A DNA stretch of 63,189 nucleotides, the filler included, from Reclinomonas americana ATCC 50394 (taxonomy: Eukaryota): the NCBI GenBank assembly GCA_048213135.1. It is 13 parts of 13 records of this genome, joined end to end, with 100 filler letters (N's around TTAATTAATTAA, not from the genome) between each part and the next. Parts side by side here need not be neighbours in the genome. Positions count along the whole stretch, not along the records: positions 31,566 to 39,765 come from AFZH01023732.1; positions 39,866 to 44,194 come from AFZH01023733.1; positions 44,295 to 47,000 come from AFZH01023734.1; positions 47,101 to 48,560 come from AFZH01023735.1; positions 48,661 to 52,609 come from AFZH01023736.1; 8 more parts are not named here. One strand, written 5' to 3'. The translations under genes and the position numbers were made by a program. The notes under the pieces are model-generated. The model was not told the DNA's origin. It saw only the letters and a program-made list of their open reading frames with translations, and did no database searches. Positions within the stretch are counted from its first letter, which is position 1. Every line of letters begins with the position of its first letter. Below, one piece after another: positions 37,201 to 50,956 of this stretch.

Positions 37201-39186
37201 CTTCGCCACACAATCCGCTGACCGCTCACAGTGGGCTGCACGCACAATTCCGCGATTCAGTCAGCATCGATCAGCAATGCATTGCAATGTTAGTGCACGT
37301 CAGCGCAACTGTCTCGCTGAGGTTGCCGAGAAGCGACGAGCGGAGCGGCGGAAAATCGAGATCACTGCCACAGCAGCGTCAGTTGATTACCGAAAGGAGA
37401 CACTCATACAGCCACTGGAGACGCACACAAAGCTGCACTGTGGTGCCAAAAGACAGGTCGAACGAATGGCAGTCATGTCGGCGGTGTCGCTGGGGAACGT
37501 GGCAAACTTGAGCTCACCCGCGGATACCTGGCACGCGCGACGCGAGTGAGATGCAGTGCACAGGTCGTTGAAATGATGAGGCCCTTGAGACTCACGTGCA
37601 TCACTGCATTCAGCTCTTCGTCGTCGTGCGCAAATGCGTTGATGAGTGGAGGTGGAGCCTCGGCCACAATGCTGCACGACACCGTGAGTCAGCCATCGCT
37701 TGAGGCCATCAACACCAGCGGTGAGAGACGCACGTCCATCTGATGTTCTCGCCAACTTCCTCAAACATGTTGACCATGCGCATCACCGCCACTTGCGCAC
37801 GAGACCCTGGCTGTACAGTGACTCGAGCTTCGGGGCCCCTTGAATGCAATGCGAGAGAGAAAAGGAGAAGGAGAGAGTGAGTCGTCAAGTCACCACTCTG
37901 GCGCGCTCACTGCCTGGTCTTGCAGTACCCTTCCACCTCCAAGTTCGTGGTGTTGCTGAAGTCCATTGTGACATGCACGATCTTGTAGGTACCATTGTCG
38001 GCCGTCCAGATGAAGCGTGGGTCTGCGTCTTGCACGAAGTTCTGGCGCACCACCAGTCAGAGCAAAGACCTCACATCACATGTGAGTGTACACCACACCT
38101 TGATGAGGTAGATGCCGGGCTCCACTTGATGCTTGTCGAGCACATGTTGCACTTTCGGCGTCGCCGCCGAAGCTGGCCGACTCAGCAACAGCGACATGCT
38201 CGATGGCTGCCGACCACTGCCACTGGCCAGGACTATCCACAACAAAATGTCCATGCATGAGGATGAGGAGGATTGCAAGAACTAGCACGACAGTAGAATA
38301 CACAACATGGCGGCGCGAGCGGAACGGGCGACGGTGACGGCGACCTGTGCATGCCACCTGTGCCAAAACAGAACCGTGTTACTGGCAGAACGACAAATCC
38401 TCGCAAACCCCAAAAAATACACACCCTCGCCACTCCGGTCCACCGCCATTGGACTGGTCGGTGGGAACAGATGGTCCTCGTATCTGGGCGGTGTCTCCAC
38501 CGGTAGTGGAGAAGGCTCGCCCTCGTCTGGTTCCACCTCTGTCGCCCGCCCGCCCCACAGACGACAACCAATGAGCCACACGTGAAACAAGATGACGGGA
38601 CAACACCCAACGACGCAACGATCGCACAGGAAGTCGAGGACCTGTTCTTGCAGCTCGCCTAGCGTCTCCACGACGACGGTGGCACCCGCCGCACTGCATC
38701 TCAAGGGTCAGCAGTCCACACATTGCTCAACAAACACCAAAACAGGAGTGTGTGTGGACACGCAACATGAAATCGTCGCGATCCGCCGCCACCTCTTTGC
38801 TCAACACCACAATGCCCGCCAGCGGGAAGCTCTCTCGCCAGCGCGCCACCATCGCCATTCGCACGGCACGTGCAGTCGGCGTTCTTCCGGACGTCACCAC
38901 AATCACACTCGTGCGATCGGGAACACCCCATTCTTGCACACACTGCCATGAGCTCACTGACACACACAAGAGAGAGAGGGAGAGAGGGAGGCTTACCAGC
39001 AGCTGGTTCGCCCAGATGCAGTGCCTGTGTGAGTGGCAGTGAGAAGAGTGAGTTGTTGCTGCAGCTTATGTACATTACACAGCACACCTCCATGCCCATC
39101 TCCTGCAGATCAGCAAGCACGCGCTGGCAGCTCGGCGGCAGCTGCGCAGAGACCCACACTAGCAGCTTGCCTGGTCGCCCACTCAT
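34231..39186 (-). CDS. Multidomain calpain (CysPc) with receiver-like N-terminus, domain III, EF-hand and EFCAB7-like C-terminus
   Basis: Catalytic triad motifs DILQGSLGDCWFL, GHAY and RNPWG; also TLDDYFPC, ELWPMLLEKA, GSFWMSF and EF-hand FDLDMDEILSYGEF. The link between exons 38200-39186 and the protease rests on a manual in-frame splice path. Confidence 0.8.
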
Positions 39187-39237
39187 TTCTCTTTGACACT
39201 TGTCCGTGTCCTTTGTGTGTCCTCACTCAAGTCAATC

Positions 39238-39765
39238 ATGTCGGTGTTGTTGGGCGGGAAGCTCGGCACTGCCGCCGTCACCTTTGCCGTGTCGTTTGCC
39301 TCCTGCACACTGGCATACAAGCTGCAGTCATCGGTGTGCTCCTCCTGTCTTGTTGTTGCTGTTTTCGCGCGCGCGCTCACGACTGACTGCGTGCAAAAGG
39401 CATCGAGTTGGTGGCGTGGTGCGCTTCTGTTGCAGCCTCTGGCCACGTGCTTGTCGGGTGGCATGCTGCTGGCGGCTGGACTGCACATGGCAGTGGACTC
39501 GGTTGATTCGCTGGTGGACTCTGCGTCGTTGCCGCCAGTGAGTGCGCGACTGTGGACTGTGCTGGTCACGCTGGTCGGCTTTGCGCTGTGCTTTGTGATT
39601 GGTTCGTTGGTGGTGTGCGCGAGGAGGGTGGGAGCAGATTGTGTCCTCACCACTTGGCTTGACAGATCGTCAGTTGCACGGTCACGGTGGTCACCGCCAC
39701 CACCATCATCATGCGCACAGACGGCATCGTGGCAAGGACGACGATGATGATGATGACGAGGGAGC
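39238..39765 (+). CDS. ZIP (ZRT/IRT) family metal transporter, 5' part only
   Basis: TM1, CLSGGMLLAAGLHM and LVGFALCFVID, followed by a His-rich loop HGHGGHRHHHHHAH. Confidence 0.8.
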
Positions 39766-40396
39766 NNNNNNNNNNNNNNNNNNNNNNNNNNNNNNNNNNN
39801 NNNNNNNNNTTAATTAATTAANNNNNNNNNNNNNNNNNNNNNNNNNNNNNNNNNNNNNNNNNNNNGGAGTGTGTCAGTGTCACTCAGCTCTCTCTCTCTC
39901 ACACACACACACACAAGCTCTACTCCTGCGTTATATGCCTTCTTGTTACTCTCCTCGCTCTCTCTGACTCAGCTCCTGTGTTCGACGCTGTCTCTCTCTC
40001 TCACACACAGCTCCTGAGTACTCTGCTTTCTGGTTGCTCTCTCACACTCAGCTCTTGTGTTCTGTGCCTGTTTGTTGTTCTCTCTGTGTATGTATGCGCG
40101 TGTGTCTCTCCCCCTGCTTCTGTATTCGATGCCCTTCTTGTTGCTCTCACTCTCTCCCACTCAGCTCTTGTTCTGTACCTTCTTGTTGCTCTCTCTCTCC
40201 CTCTGCTCCTGTGTAATATGCCTTATTATTGGTGCTCTCCTCGCTCTCTCTAACTCAGCCCCTGTGTTCGACGCTCTCTCTCTCTCACACAGATACGCAC
40301 CCACAGTTCCCGAGTACTCTGCCTTCCGGTTGCTCTCTCTCCTCTCTCTCACACACACACTCACGCAACTCCTCCTGTGTTCTGCGCCTTCGTGAT

Positions 40397-40431
<35 letters not shown>

Positions 40432-40699
40432 TCCTGTATGAGATGCCGTTCTTGTGTTTCTCTCCTTCTTCGCTCTCTTCTGGCTATTGCTCACCGTTCC
40501 CTCCATTCGCAGCAAGAGCGCGCACGAGCGGACCCCGTGGAACGAGCAGAGAAGCCACTGACCGAGTCGCAGGAGGTTGGCTGGCAGAGTCGCACGTTCA
40601 CCCCAGAAAGTTGCGCCCCACCTCTCTCTTTTCTCGCTCGCTCTCTCCATGGATTGTTGCTCATCATCGTGTGCGCAGCATATCGCAAACCGCGCAAGA

Positions 40700-43600
40700 C
40701 CACGCCCATTACACAGTACACCGAGGCCATGATCCTCGGCCCGCGTCACTTCTAGAACCTACACCTTCGCCTGGCGCCTCTTGTAAAGCAAATACATGTG
40801 TACACAATTGTCAACTCATTCGTGTCTCTCTTTTCTCTCTCTCTCTCTCTTTCTCGCTACCTGCCGCCACTGTGACCGGTCGTGGCACTGCTGCGTCTGG
40901 CACGAGCCACCATCACCAGCTGGGCCTTTTCCTCGTGCAGTCGGGCAAATGTGGTTTCCCAGGTGGCCGCCTGTCGTGCACGTGCGTGTGTGTCAGTGGC
41001 ACAACGACACGCCTTCCTTCTCTCTCGCTCTCCTCACGCACCTGGAAATTAATGTCGTCGCGCTCACTCTGCACCTGCTGCAACACCGACTCCCACTTGT
41101 CCATTTGCTCGGCGTACTCGCTGCGGACGCGCTCCAACTCTATCGCCGCTCGCCGGGCCGACTCGGCCAGCTGTTCCTCGTGGAGGCGGCGCTGTACGCG
41201 TTCGTCCAGCTCACGCTACGTGCGGCAGCGGCAGTCAGCTATGAATGAGAGAGTGCAAGTAGTGGCAGTGGGCAGACGACCACACACCTGCAACCGTTCG
41301 GCTTCCGCCTCGGCGCGCTCGCGCTCCGCCATGTGGAAGGCTAACTTGGCGACCAAACCATCCAAATCGTCGTCTGGCACCTCCGGGAAATCGCCTTCGG
41401 GGCTCTCGTGTCCATCGTCACTCACGGGTGGTGTGGGCTCCTCGTCAACTGCACAACCACAATAATCTCAGCATTCTCTCTCTCTCTCTCTCTCCTCGTC
41501 CCCGCTCCGCCACAAATCTCCTCACCGTCCACCTCCACATACGACTCGGTCGGTGGCTCGTCCTCGATGAGCACGCCGTACTCGTTAAAGTCGGCGGTCA
41601 CCACGTACAGGTCGGCGAGTGCCGAGTGACCGTCGTCGCCGCCAAAAAGAATGAGATCCCACTTGGCTGCTGGCGGCTCACCACCACCCTCCGCCTCGTC
41701 CAACTCTGGCGGCGACGGCGGTGGTGGGTACCAGCACACAGCGGTCAGAGTGTGGCCGTTGCGCGGTGCCGGTCGATACAGACCTGCACGCACCAATAAT
41801 GAGCATAGCAGACACGCGAGACACTGTTGTCGTGGGTGGGAGGATCACACCGTCGGGCACACGCCGTGTGGTCTGGAACTGTGGTGGCACCGTGTTGATG
41901 GTCAACTGCTGCCACACGCCAACATTGACGTCGAATGCCCACAGGTCGTCGAAAAACTGCGTGCCGCTGTCGCCGCCAAACACAAACATCAGATGGTCCT
42001 GCACGCACGCCGCCGAGTGCCCGCCTCGTGGTGGCGGTTGCAGCGACGACGGTGAATCGGGAGTCTGCTGCACTTCCGGCTGCGCGCCGTGACGCTGCCA
42101 GTTCGAATGTGTACCCGGGTGCAACAGCCTCCATCGGTGTGTCACTGTCGAAGGGGGGAAACAGGAGAGAGTGAGCAACTCGTGTTCTTTCGAATGTCGC
42201 AGTGTCGGTGCCACACACACACGCACCAAACGAAAAGGCCCACACATCGTTGAAGCGGTGATTGAGCCACCAGCCTCCAAACACCACTGCCGACGGCTCG
42301 CCACCAACCACGGCCTTGACACACGACTGCGCAATGCGCGGTCCCATCTCTAGTGACGGGTCGGAGCCGTCGCCGGCGGTCGACTGATGGCAGGGTGAGG
42401 ATCATCAAGGGAAGAAACGCTGTATCGCAGAGAAATGAGACGCACCACCGAGATCTCCGGTCTTCCTGCGCCATCGATCTGTGCCGTCTCCGTGTGTGTC
42501 GGTTCTTCGTCGTCGTCAGACACGTGACCGCTCATCAAGTAGCCCTCGTGACTGCGTGGGCGGGTGGCGTCCTGCTGCTGCTGTGCGCGCTGGAAATTCA
42601 CAGCCGACACGAGTGAATTTCCGAGCATCCTCGCCGCACTGCCCCACATGACTGTGCGTGTGCGACGTGAGCATGACGATGCCAACTGCGCCGGCAGTGA
42701 TGACCCGAGGAACAGAGTCCGCACCTGATTTGCGACCAGACACGCCAGCCACACTCTTCGAGCGGAGCGCCCGCCGCGCCGGCAACCGACTCCCGTTGCC
42801 GGCAGCAGGCCCCGCCCCACTGCTCGACGCCTCATCCTCCGAGACGCCATCCATCGACTGCGTCATGGTCACCGACGTCGGCGTCTCCACCATCTCATGC
42901 TCCGAATCGCACACGGTCCACTGCCCAGTGCGCGTGTCGAGACTGTGCACAAACGTGGTCAACACTCTCCTTCTCCTGTCCGCGTCGGCAGTGACAGAAG
43001 AGCAAACGCACCAGTGCACATCCTGCAGCGGGAGGGAGCCGTCGAATCCTCCAATAACATACATGCGATGCTCGTGCGCGATGCACGAGTGGAACGAGCG
43101 ACCGGATGGCAAGTGGTCACGACTGGTGACTACCTTGCGCCATCGTACGAGCTCTGGTGCCACCACAGAGACAGATAGGGAGGGAGAGAGGAGAGAGAGA
43201 GAGAGGCAAGAGAGAGAGAGAGAGCGTTAGACTGACATGACAGCGAGTGATGTGGCCGGCGGAAGGAAGAAATACACAACTCGTGTCCAACATCCACGTA
43301 TCGGCAAACAACTGCGCTCCATCGCCGCCTCCAAACAAGTACACATCGTCGCCAACCACACACGTTGAGTGGAAGAAGCGCGCTGGAGGCCGCTCACTGC
43401 TCACATCCAAACGGATCCACTCCAGCGGGTCTCGCGGATTGTCTGGTGTGGAGATGAGCTCGTGTCTTTTGAGTCTCGAGAGTGAGTGTGAGCACACCTG
43501 TTCTTCTGAGTGCGTAGAGGTCGTCGAGAGCGAGTTCTCCGGAACATCCGCCGTGCACCAGAAGCACGCCTTGTTGCTCGAGGAAGGTGCTCGAGTGGTA

Positions 43601-43824
43601 GTACCTGGGTGTGTGAGAGAGTGAGTGTGAGTGAGAGAGAGGGGAGAGAGAGAGAGAGGAGAGGAGAGAGGAGAGGAAGAGTCGGGCACGTGTGTGACGC
43701 GATGATCATCAAAGTGCGCGTGTGTTTGTGCGTGTGTGTGTGTGTGTGTGTGTGCTTACCGAGGGATGGGAGTGAGCCCTGTCTCGGGAGCACGCACGTA
43801 GAACAGCGCAGGGGCGCTGGTCAT
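40700..43824 (-). CDS. Kelch-repeat beta-propeller protein with C-terminal coiled coil; 3' end uncertain
   Basis: PIPRYYHS..VHGG, PPARFFHS..LFGG, PSGRSFHS..VIGG, VFGGWW, PPPRGGHS..VFGG and PAPRNGHT..LFGG, then EQMDKWESVLQQVQSERDD. Confidence 0.85.
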
Positions 43825-45025
43825 GTGTCTGAGGTTGTGCGCAAAACTGGGCCGATGATCGTCGTTGACGTGGTGACGGACAGATACTCGCGCGCATTGT
43901 CTTCCCAGACCAACGAACGCCGAGGAATTGACTTCGCCAACAACAACAACAACAACAACAACTTTACTAATCCAATCAGCAACACAGCTGGATGATGATC
44001 ACCATCTTGAGTGAGCACCAGAAACTCAGACATCACGGAAAAAACGAGAAAAGTCGAGATGGCAAGCATGCTGGCGTTTCTGCAAGAGAAACCACGGCAT
44101 GACAAGCATGGATTTGACGCCGAATTCCACAAAGGAAACGAGAAAGATAGCAAGAGGTGTTGGTGTCAGAAACAATCGACTGCTGTAGCTACACNNNNNN
44201 NNNNNNNNNNNNNNNNNNNNNNNNNNNNNNNNNNNNNNTTAATTAATTAANNNNNNNNNNNNNNNNNNNNNNNNNNNNNNNNNNNNNNNNNNNNAGAGGG
44301 GAGAAGTAGTGCCTGGTGGACAAGTGCAAAATGCAACAAAAGGAAGGCGAGGACGATACGAGAGAGTATCGGTAAGACATGAAAACGGAACAGCAATGCA
44401 TTACTACTGATGTAAAAGAGAATGATGCAAGAAAGGGAAAGCAAACATAAAAGGCGGGGAGAAGAGAGAATTGATGCAAACGAGAAACAGGGACTGCGTG
44501 TAGTGTTGCCCATTGATGAACAAGAGAAGGTGCAAGACAAGGAAGCAAAGACGGAGGGGAGAGGAAAGCGCATTGAAGCAGCGGCGAAATGTGTCAAAAA
44601 GCAGGAACTGCAAGAGAGCGGAGCTTAAATGGTGTGATCAATCCACACTGCTAAGCAGGTAACAGTGCGCACGATGTTGGCGAGAATGTGTCAAACTCTA
44701 CGAAATGTTGCAACCGCACGGCAATGTGCACGAATTCTCTTCCCCTCTGCCACTCTCTGTTGTTGCACTTCTCATGCTCACTCTGTCTCTCTTTCTCATT
44801 GTCGTCGCCTCCCCCCTCTCTTCAATTGTGTTTCTCTCTTTCTGATTATCTTTCTGCCTTTTTGTTCTCGATAAATTATCTCTGGTGTCTATTTCTGTTT
44901 GTTGCGATTGCTCTTTCACTTTTCTCATCTTTCGTTCCCTCTTTCCAATTTTCTATCTTTCAGCATCTCCGTCGTTCTGTTCTCTCTTCTACTGCTCTCT
45001 CACTTCCTCTTCCTCTTCCCCCTCT

Positions 45026-46640
45026 CTACCTTATTCCCTTCCCCCTCTCTACCTCATCCCCTTCCCCCTCTTCCCCTTCTGTCCTCGTGACGCAACTGGC
45101 ATCCACCGGCGACAACATGCTCGTCAGGCGACTCGCCAGCTCATCCCGCTGCGCGGTCATCGCGTCGAGAGACTGCCGCAAGCTGGCCATGCTGGGTATT
45201 GTCGACGATGCGGTCTGCTGCGCCGCTGTCTGGCGCTTGCTGGATTCGCGCAAAGCATCTGCGAGGCACCAAAGTGTTGGGGAAAGAGTAGACATCAAGA
45301 AAAGAGATGAAAACAGAGACGCACCGACTTCCGCTTCCAGGCGCACCACGTGTGACTCTCGATGCTCCGACGCAGCAGTTTGTGCGTCTGCGAATGTGCA
45401 AGTCAGAGAAGACGATGCGAGACAATGCATGGTTGGAAGACGCACCCAGCGCTCGCTCGAGGTCGACAACTTTCCGAGACAGTGACTCCCGATCCGTCGT
45501 CAAGCGCGCTGCGAGTGGTGAGAGTGAATCAGCAGAGATCAAGTTGGTGGTGAAAGAGAAGACTGACAAACCAACAGATGCCTGCAACATCTCCAACTCA
45601 CTCTTGTCGACACTCTGCACCACGATACCATCGTCCAATTGTCGCGTCACTATGCAGTGTGGGAGGAAGAGTGAGATTCCAGAGTCAAGCGGTTCATGGC
45701 GAGTCACGCGCACACCATAGTGTGGTCCGTCGGTGGCCAGCGTGCGCACAACAATGGGTCCTGCAAGAGAGAATAAGATTGACGAGTCACTCTGCGATTT
45801 CCATCAGTGGACGAACCGCCGTCCGTGCGTAATGAGTTGAGCTCGTCGGCAAGTGCCGCTGGGGAGGAAATAAGAATGGCCGCAACGCAGGAGCCCAGTG
45901 GCTGACACACTCACCAGCCTTGTTCTCTGCAGCCATCGCCACAGCGTGCACCGACTCCAGCTGACTCCGCAGTGCATCTGCACATAGCAATTCATAAAAA
46001 CGACAAGAGAATGCGTCCGAATGACACGAGTGCACGAACAAGCTTCCTTGGCATGCTCTGAGAAGGAACAGTCAGCAAGCAATCAGTTTCCAGCAACACA
46101 AGCAGTCAAAATGCACGCACGATCCAGCGCCAGTCGGTGGTCAGTCACCAGGCTCTCGGTTTCATCCACCAGTTTTTGCACTGCAACAATGACGGGTCAG
46201 GAAAGTAGCTTGAGGTGAATCCACAACACGTTGTCACGTACAATGAACTTCGAACACATCGCGCTGCTGGCATGCCTCATCTGCTCGAAGCACGTGATGA
46301 GAAACAGCGCTGTCTCAGCAGCAGCAAGAATGCCACAAACCAGCTTGCTGCCGGACAGCAACGAGTTCTGCCTCCAGCGCAGTTGCCTTGGCTTGCAAGA
46401 TGACTGTGGGAAGAGGCAATGTCAGCGCGCAGCACCGGCAACGATGTCTCGATTCGAGGAAACACTCACCGCATTCTTGTGTCGCCCGCGCACGCTCCGC
46501 ACGAATTCGCACTGTGCGCACGAAGGGAGGTGAGGGGAAACAATCGAAGAGTGACATCGGGGCACCACGAGACGCACCGATTTCCAGCTCGGCAGCATCG
46601 CGTGCTTCATTGGCGCGTTCCAGCTGCGACTTGAGACGAG
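45026..46640 (-). CDS. Coiled-coil protein of unknown function (partial, multi-exon)
   Basis: Helical exons (LEAELVAVRQQA; LRSQLESVHAVAM; LSRKVVDLERALGA; LRQSLDAMTAQRDELASRL) with plausible GT-AG flanks. Ends uncertain. Confidence 0.5.
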
Positions 46641-46881
46641 CTGCGACACACTGTTAGCGATCGGGAACAAAGCGAAGGACATCAATTCACACGTACCGAG
46701 CTCAGTGGCACCAGCAGATTTTTGTGATTGAAGGGCCTCTGTGGTCGCCGTGAATGACGAGGGAGACCAAAAACACTATATCGAGATCAACACGCAACGA
46801 AGCCGTTCCTCCGCTTGTGCGAGTTGCGACGTCAGCTGCTGGTTTGCCATTTGGAGTTCTGTGTGAACGAAAGCATCAGCA

Positions 46882-47000
<119 letters not shown>

Positions 47001-47100
47001 NNNNNNNNNNNNNNNNNNNNNNNNNNNNNNNNNNNNNNNNNNNNTTAATTAATTAANNNNNNNNNNNNNNNNNNNNNNNNNNNNNNNNNNNNNNNNNNNN

Positions 47101-47300
47101 GAGGAACGGGCAGAGCGAGAGACGAGGAACGGGCAGAGCGAGAGACGAGGAACGGGCAGAGCGAGAGACGAGGAACGGGCAGAGCGAGAGACGAGGAATG
47201 GGCAGAGTGAGAGACGAGGAACGGGCAGAGCGAGAGACGAGGAACGGGCAGAGCGAGAGACGAGGAACGGGCAGAGCGAGAGACGAGGAACGGGCAGACC
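47101..47300. repeat. Minisatellite, 23-bp unit gaggaacgggcagagcgagagac, ~9 copies
   Basis: Near-perfect tandem copies are directly visible. Confidence 0.95.
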
Positions 47301-47461
47301 GAGAGAGAGAGAGAGAACGAGCACAGCGAGAGAGAGGGAACGAGCAGGGGGGAACGAGCACAGCGAGAACCCATCACTGCCACCATCGCTCACCAACAAT
47401 GAGAGTCATATCCGACGTATCCGACGAAAGCGGCGACGCCGTGTCTGTCGCTTCAACCCAA

Positions 47462-48872
47462 TCAGCAAATCACAACTGCGCCCACAACGAGCGATGCGTG
47501 CACACCTTCCCCTGCCTCCGCATGACTGTCGCCCAGTGACAGCACCCGGCGATGTGAGGGGGCACTCGTTTCCCGTGTCTGCCTCTCCACCTCGCGATCC
47601 TCGTCGCCTTCATCATCATCTCCCGCCATTAGCTCGCCCGACAACATCATGTCCTTCAGCGCCATCAGCTCCTCTTTCATCGCCACCGTCTCCTGCATCG
47701 CCAGTTCGTACTTGAGCGTGTGCTTGCGCATCACATCCTCAGCCTTGACGGCCCGCGCTTCGGACTCGGCCAGCTTGCTTTCCGCATCCACGGCTCGCTT
47801 CCAGCACACGGTCAAGTTTTGGTGTGTCTGCTCGGCACGCTGATTCGCGGCCACCAGTGCCGACTTGAGCTTCGCCACTTGTTCCACTTCCAGTGAAGCA
47901 CGTTCTGCCGCGAGCTCCGCCGACAGACTGCGGAGGCAAGATACGTGAGCGAAATGCGACTCTGCATGACGTGCGCATTGGAAGCGAGCAAACAAACCTC
48001 TCGAGTCTCTTTCGAGCGGACGCCAGTGCTTCGTCACGCTCAGCGAGCATGGCCGCGACGTCGTCCTTGCTTGGACGACTGGCCAGCTCAGCAGCGAGAC
48101 TGCACAAGATCCTCGTATATGAGTTCAAGCACAAATAAACCCCATGATCTCACGCAGTCACACACCGCTCCACTCGCTGCCGCTCAGTCTGCAAGGCAGC
48201 GTCGCGCTCCGCCAGCATCGACGCCATCTCCTCGGTCTCCACGCGCAGCTCCACAATCTGCAACGCCATGCGATCGCGGTCGGCCTTGAGCCGCATGGTG
48301 AGTCCGCGCACGTGGTCCACTGAGCCTTTCAGAGCGCGCGTCCGCGGCGTGGTCGTGGCGGAGGAGTTGCGGGAGGAGCCGGCGGAGGGATCGCGAATGT
48401 CGATTTCGGCCAGTGACTGCTCCAGCTGCTGTTGCTGTTGTTGCGCTTGTTGCTTGGTGGTCTGTAGTTCGATGGTGAGGAAAAGGAGAAGGGGGATAAA
48501 GGGGAAGGACCAGAGAGGGAAAGAAAGAGAGAGAAAGAGAGAGAGAGAGAAGAAGAAGAANNNNNNNNNNNNNNNNNNNNNNNNNNNNNNNNNNNNNNNN
48601 NNNNTTAATTAATTAANNNNNNNNNNNNNNNNNNNNNNNNNNNNNNNNNNNNNNNNNNNNGTTGCGCTTGTTGCTTGGTGGTCTGTAGTTCGATGGTGAG
48701 GAAAAGGAGAAGGGGGATAAAGGGGAAGGACCAGAGAGGGAAAGAAAGAGAGAGAAAGAGAGAGAAAGAGAGAGAAAAAAGAAAGAGAAAGAAAGAGAGA
48801 GAAAGAAAGAAAGAAAGAGAAAACAAGAAAGAAAGAGAAAGAAAGAAAGAGAAAGAAAGAGAAAGAAAGAGA

Positions 48873-48903
<31 letters not shown>

Positions 48904-50915
48904 TTGGATAGAGGAAACAGGTCGTGCGCAAGGAGATCAAACCTGCAACGCCAGCTGGAGTCGTTCGATTTCCTCGTGTAGCTGTGTGCGCTCCTGAAGC
49001 CATGCGAGCAAGCTGTCGGCGTGCTTGTTGTGGCGCTGCGATCGAAGGAAAAAAGTGAGAACAAGGAGTGTGCATGCTTCCCTTCCCCCTCCGCGTCGCA
49101 ACTCTCGGCGACTGCACGGCCCCTGGCAGCGGCAACGCTGGCCTCGTGTGCAACACGTGCTCCAGGAGGTCAATGTACGAGCGCACAGCACTGGCCACGG
49201 GTCGCAGACTCTCCGACTCGACGTCACCGCGCGTGAGGGTGGCGAGGTGACGCTGCAGGCCGTCGCGCATGTACACCACGGAGGTCTCCGGGATGATGCA
49301 TACTTGATGGAGAATGCTCGCGAGTTCGCGGAGGAGGGTGCCGGTGGAGTCGCCGGTGAACTGGGGGGAGAGGGGAAGGGGGAGAAGGGGGGGAAGGGTG
49401 AGGGGGAGAAAGGGGAAGGGGGAAGGTGAGGGGGAAGGCAAAGGGGAAGGCAAAGGGGAAGGGAGTAAAGGGGGGAGTGAGAAACGGATGCGGATGCGTG
49501 ATTGTGGGGGAGGGGGGAGAAAAGGGGGGAGATGAAAAGGGAAAGGGAGAAAGGAACAGGGGGAAGGGGAAGGAAATGGAGAATGGCGAGGAATTGACAA
49601 GGAGGAAAGGAGAAGGGGAGGACGAAAGCAGCGATGTTGGAGGAGAGCACGGAGAGTTGAGAGGAGAAGATTGACAGCGGAATATCGGTGATGGATGAAC
49701 AAGGATATCAAGACAGCTATTGCTCGTTTGTTGTTGTTCTTGAAGAGTGTTGTAAGAAAGAGACGAGATGGAAGGCGAGACATACGATTGAGAACGAGAA
49801 GAGTGATCGCATTAGGCGCCAAAGCAGTGAGAGGGAAATGATGAGCAGTGTGAGATACTGACAGAACATATGCAGAGAGAAGGAGAGCAGAGAATGGAGG
49901 ACTCGGGGAAACTGACCGAGAAATAATGTAACGCGTGCAAAATGAGAAAGAGTGAGTGAGGAGGAAGAAAGAGGAAGATATGAAAGGAGACAATCGAGAG
50001 AGATTGAGAGACGTACACCCAAAAATCTCTATGACAATTACAGGAAACGTGATGAAGCGGAGAGGAGTAGCACGAAGTACTCAGTCAACCAGCATTCTCC
50101 TTGCACGCAACAATGGATTGTGCATCGCCCAGGTGGCTGAACAGCGCACGCAGGCACCGCCGCAGCATCTTGATGTCCTTTCCCCGCAATCGGTGAATCT
50201 GCTGCGCTGTCTCCATGGTGCACGACAGCAGAGCTCCAAACATGGAGTGCAACTCGCCGAGACGCTCGCTGCAAGAAACGTGATTAGTACAGTCGCCCCC
50301 CCACGCAGCATCGTCATTCGCAAACGCAACTGCATCGGCGCCCCATTCGCTAATCTCTCCGGATGGAACGTCCACTCGGCCAGCAGGTCCTCGTCTTCCT
50401 CCTCCTCCTCCTCTTCTTCGTCGTCCATACTCTCTTCCGCCTCCTCGCCATCGTCACCGCGGCCCTCCTCGTCACTCAACGAGTTCTCCACATCTGCGCG
50501 ACCATTGACGAGGGCGGCGGAGGCTCCGGGTCGATGACGCCGTCGATGCAGGTCTCGCCGCCTCTCGCGGTACTCGCAGAACAGGTCGTAGAGGCGGTTG
50601 ACAATGTCGTCTTGTGAGTAGACGAGCATGGCTGCGCGGAGAAGGGGAAGGGGGATTGAGAGAAAGGGGGATTGAGGGAAAGGGAGGGTGAGGACAAGGG
50701 AGGACAAGGGAAAGGTCTGGAGAAGGGAGGACATGGGGAAGGTCTGGAGAAGGGAGGACAAGAGAAAGGTCTGGAGAAGGGAGGACAAAGAAAAGTGAGG
50801 AGAAGGGAGGAAAGGTGGGAACAAGGGAAAGGGAGGGTGAGAGGAAGGGAGGACAAGGGAAGGGTCTAGAGAAGGGAGGACGAGGGAAGGGGAAACCCAA
50901 GAGAGGGAGAGAGAA

Positions 50916-50956
<41 letters not shown>

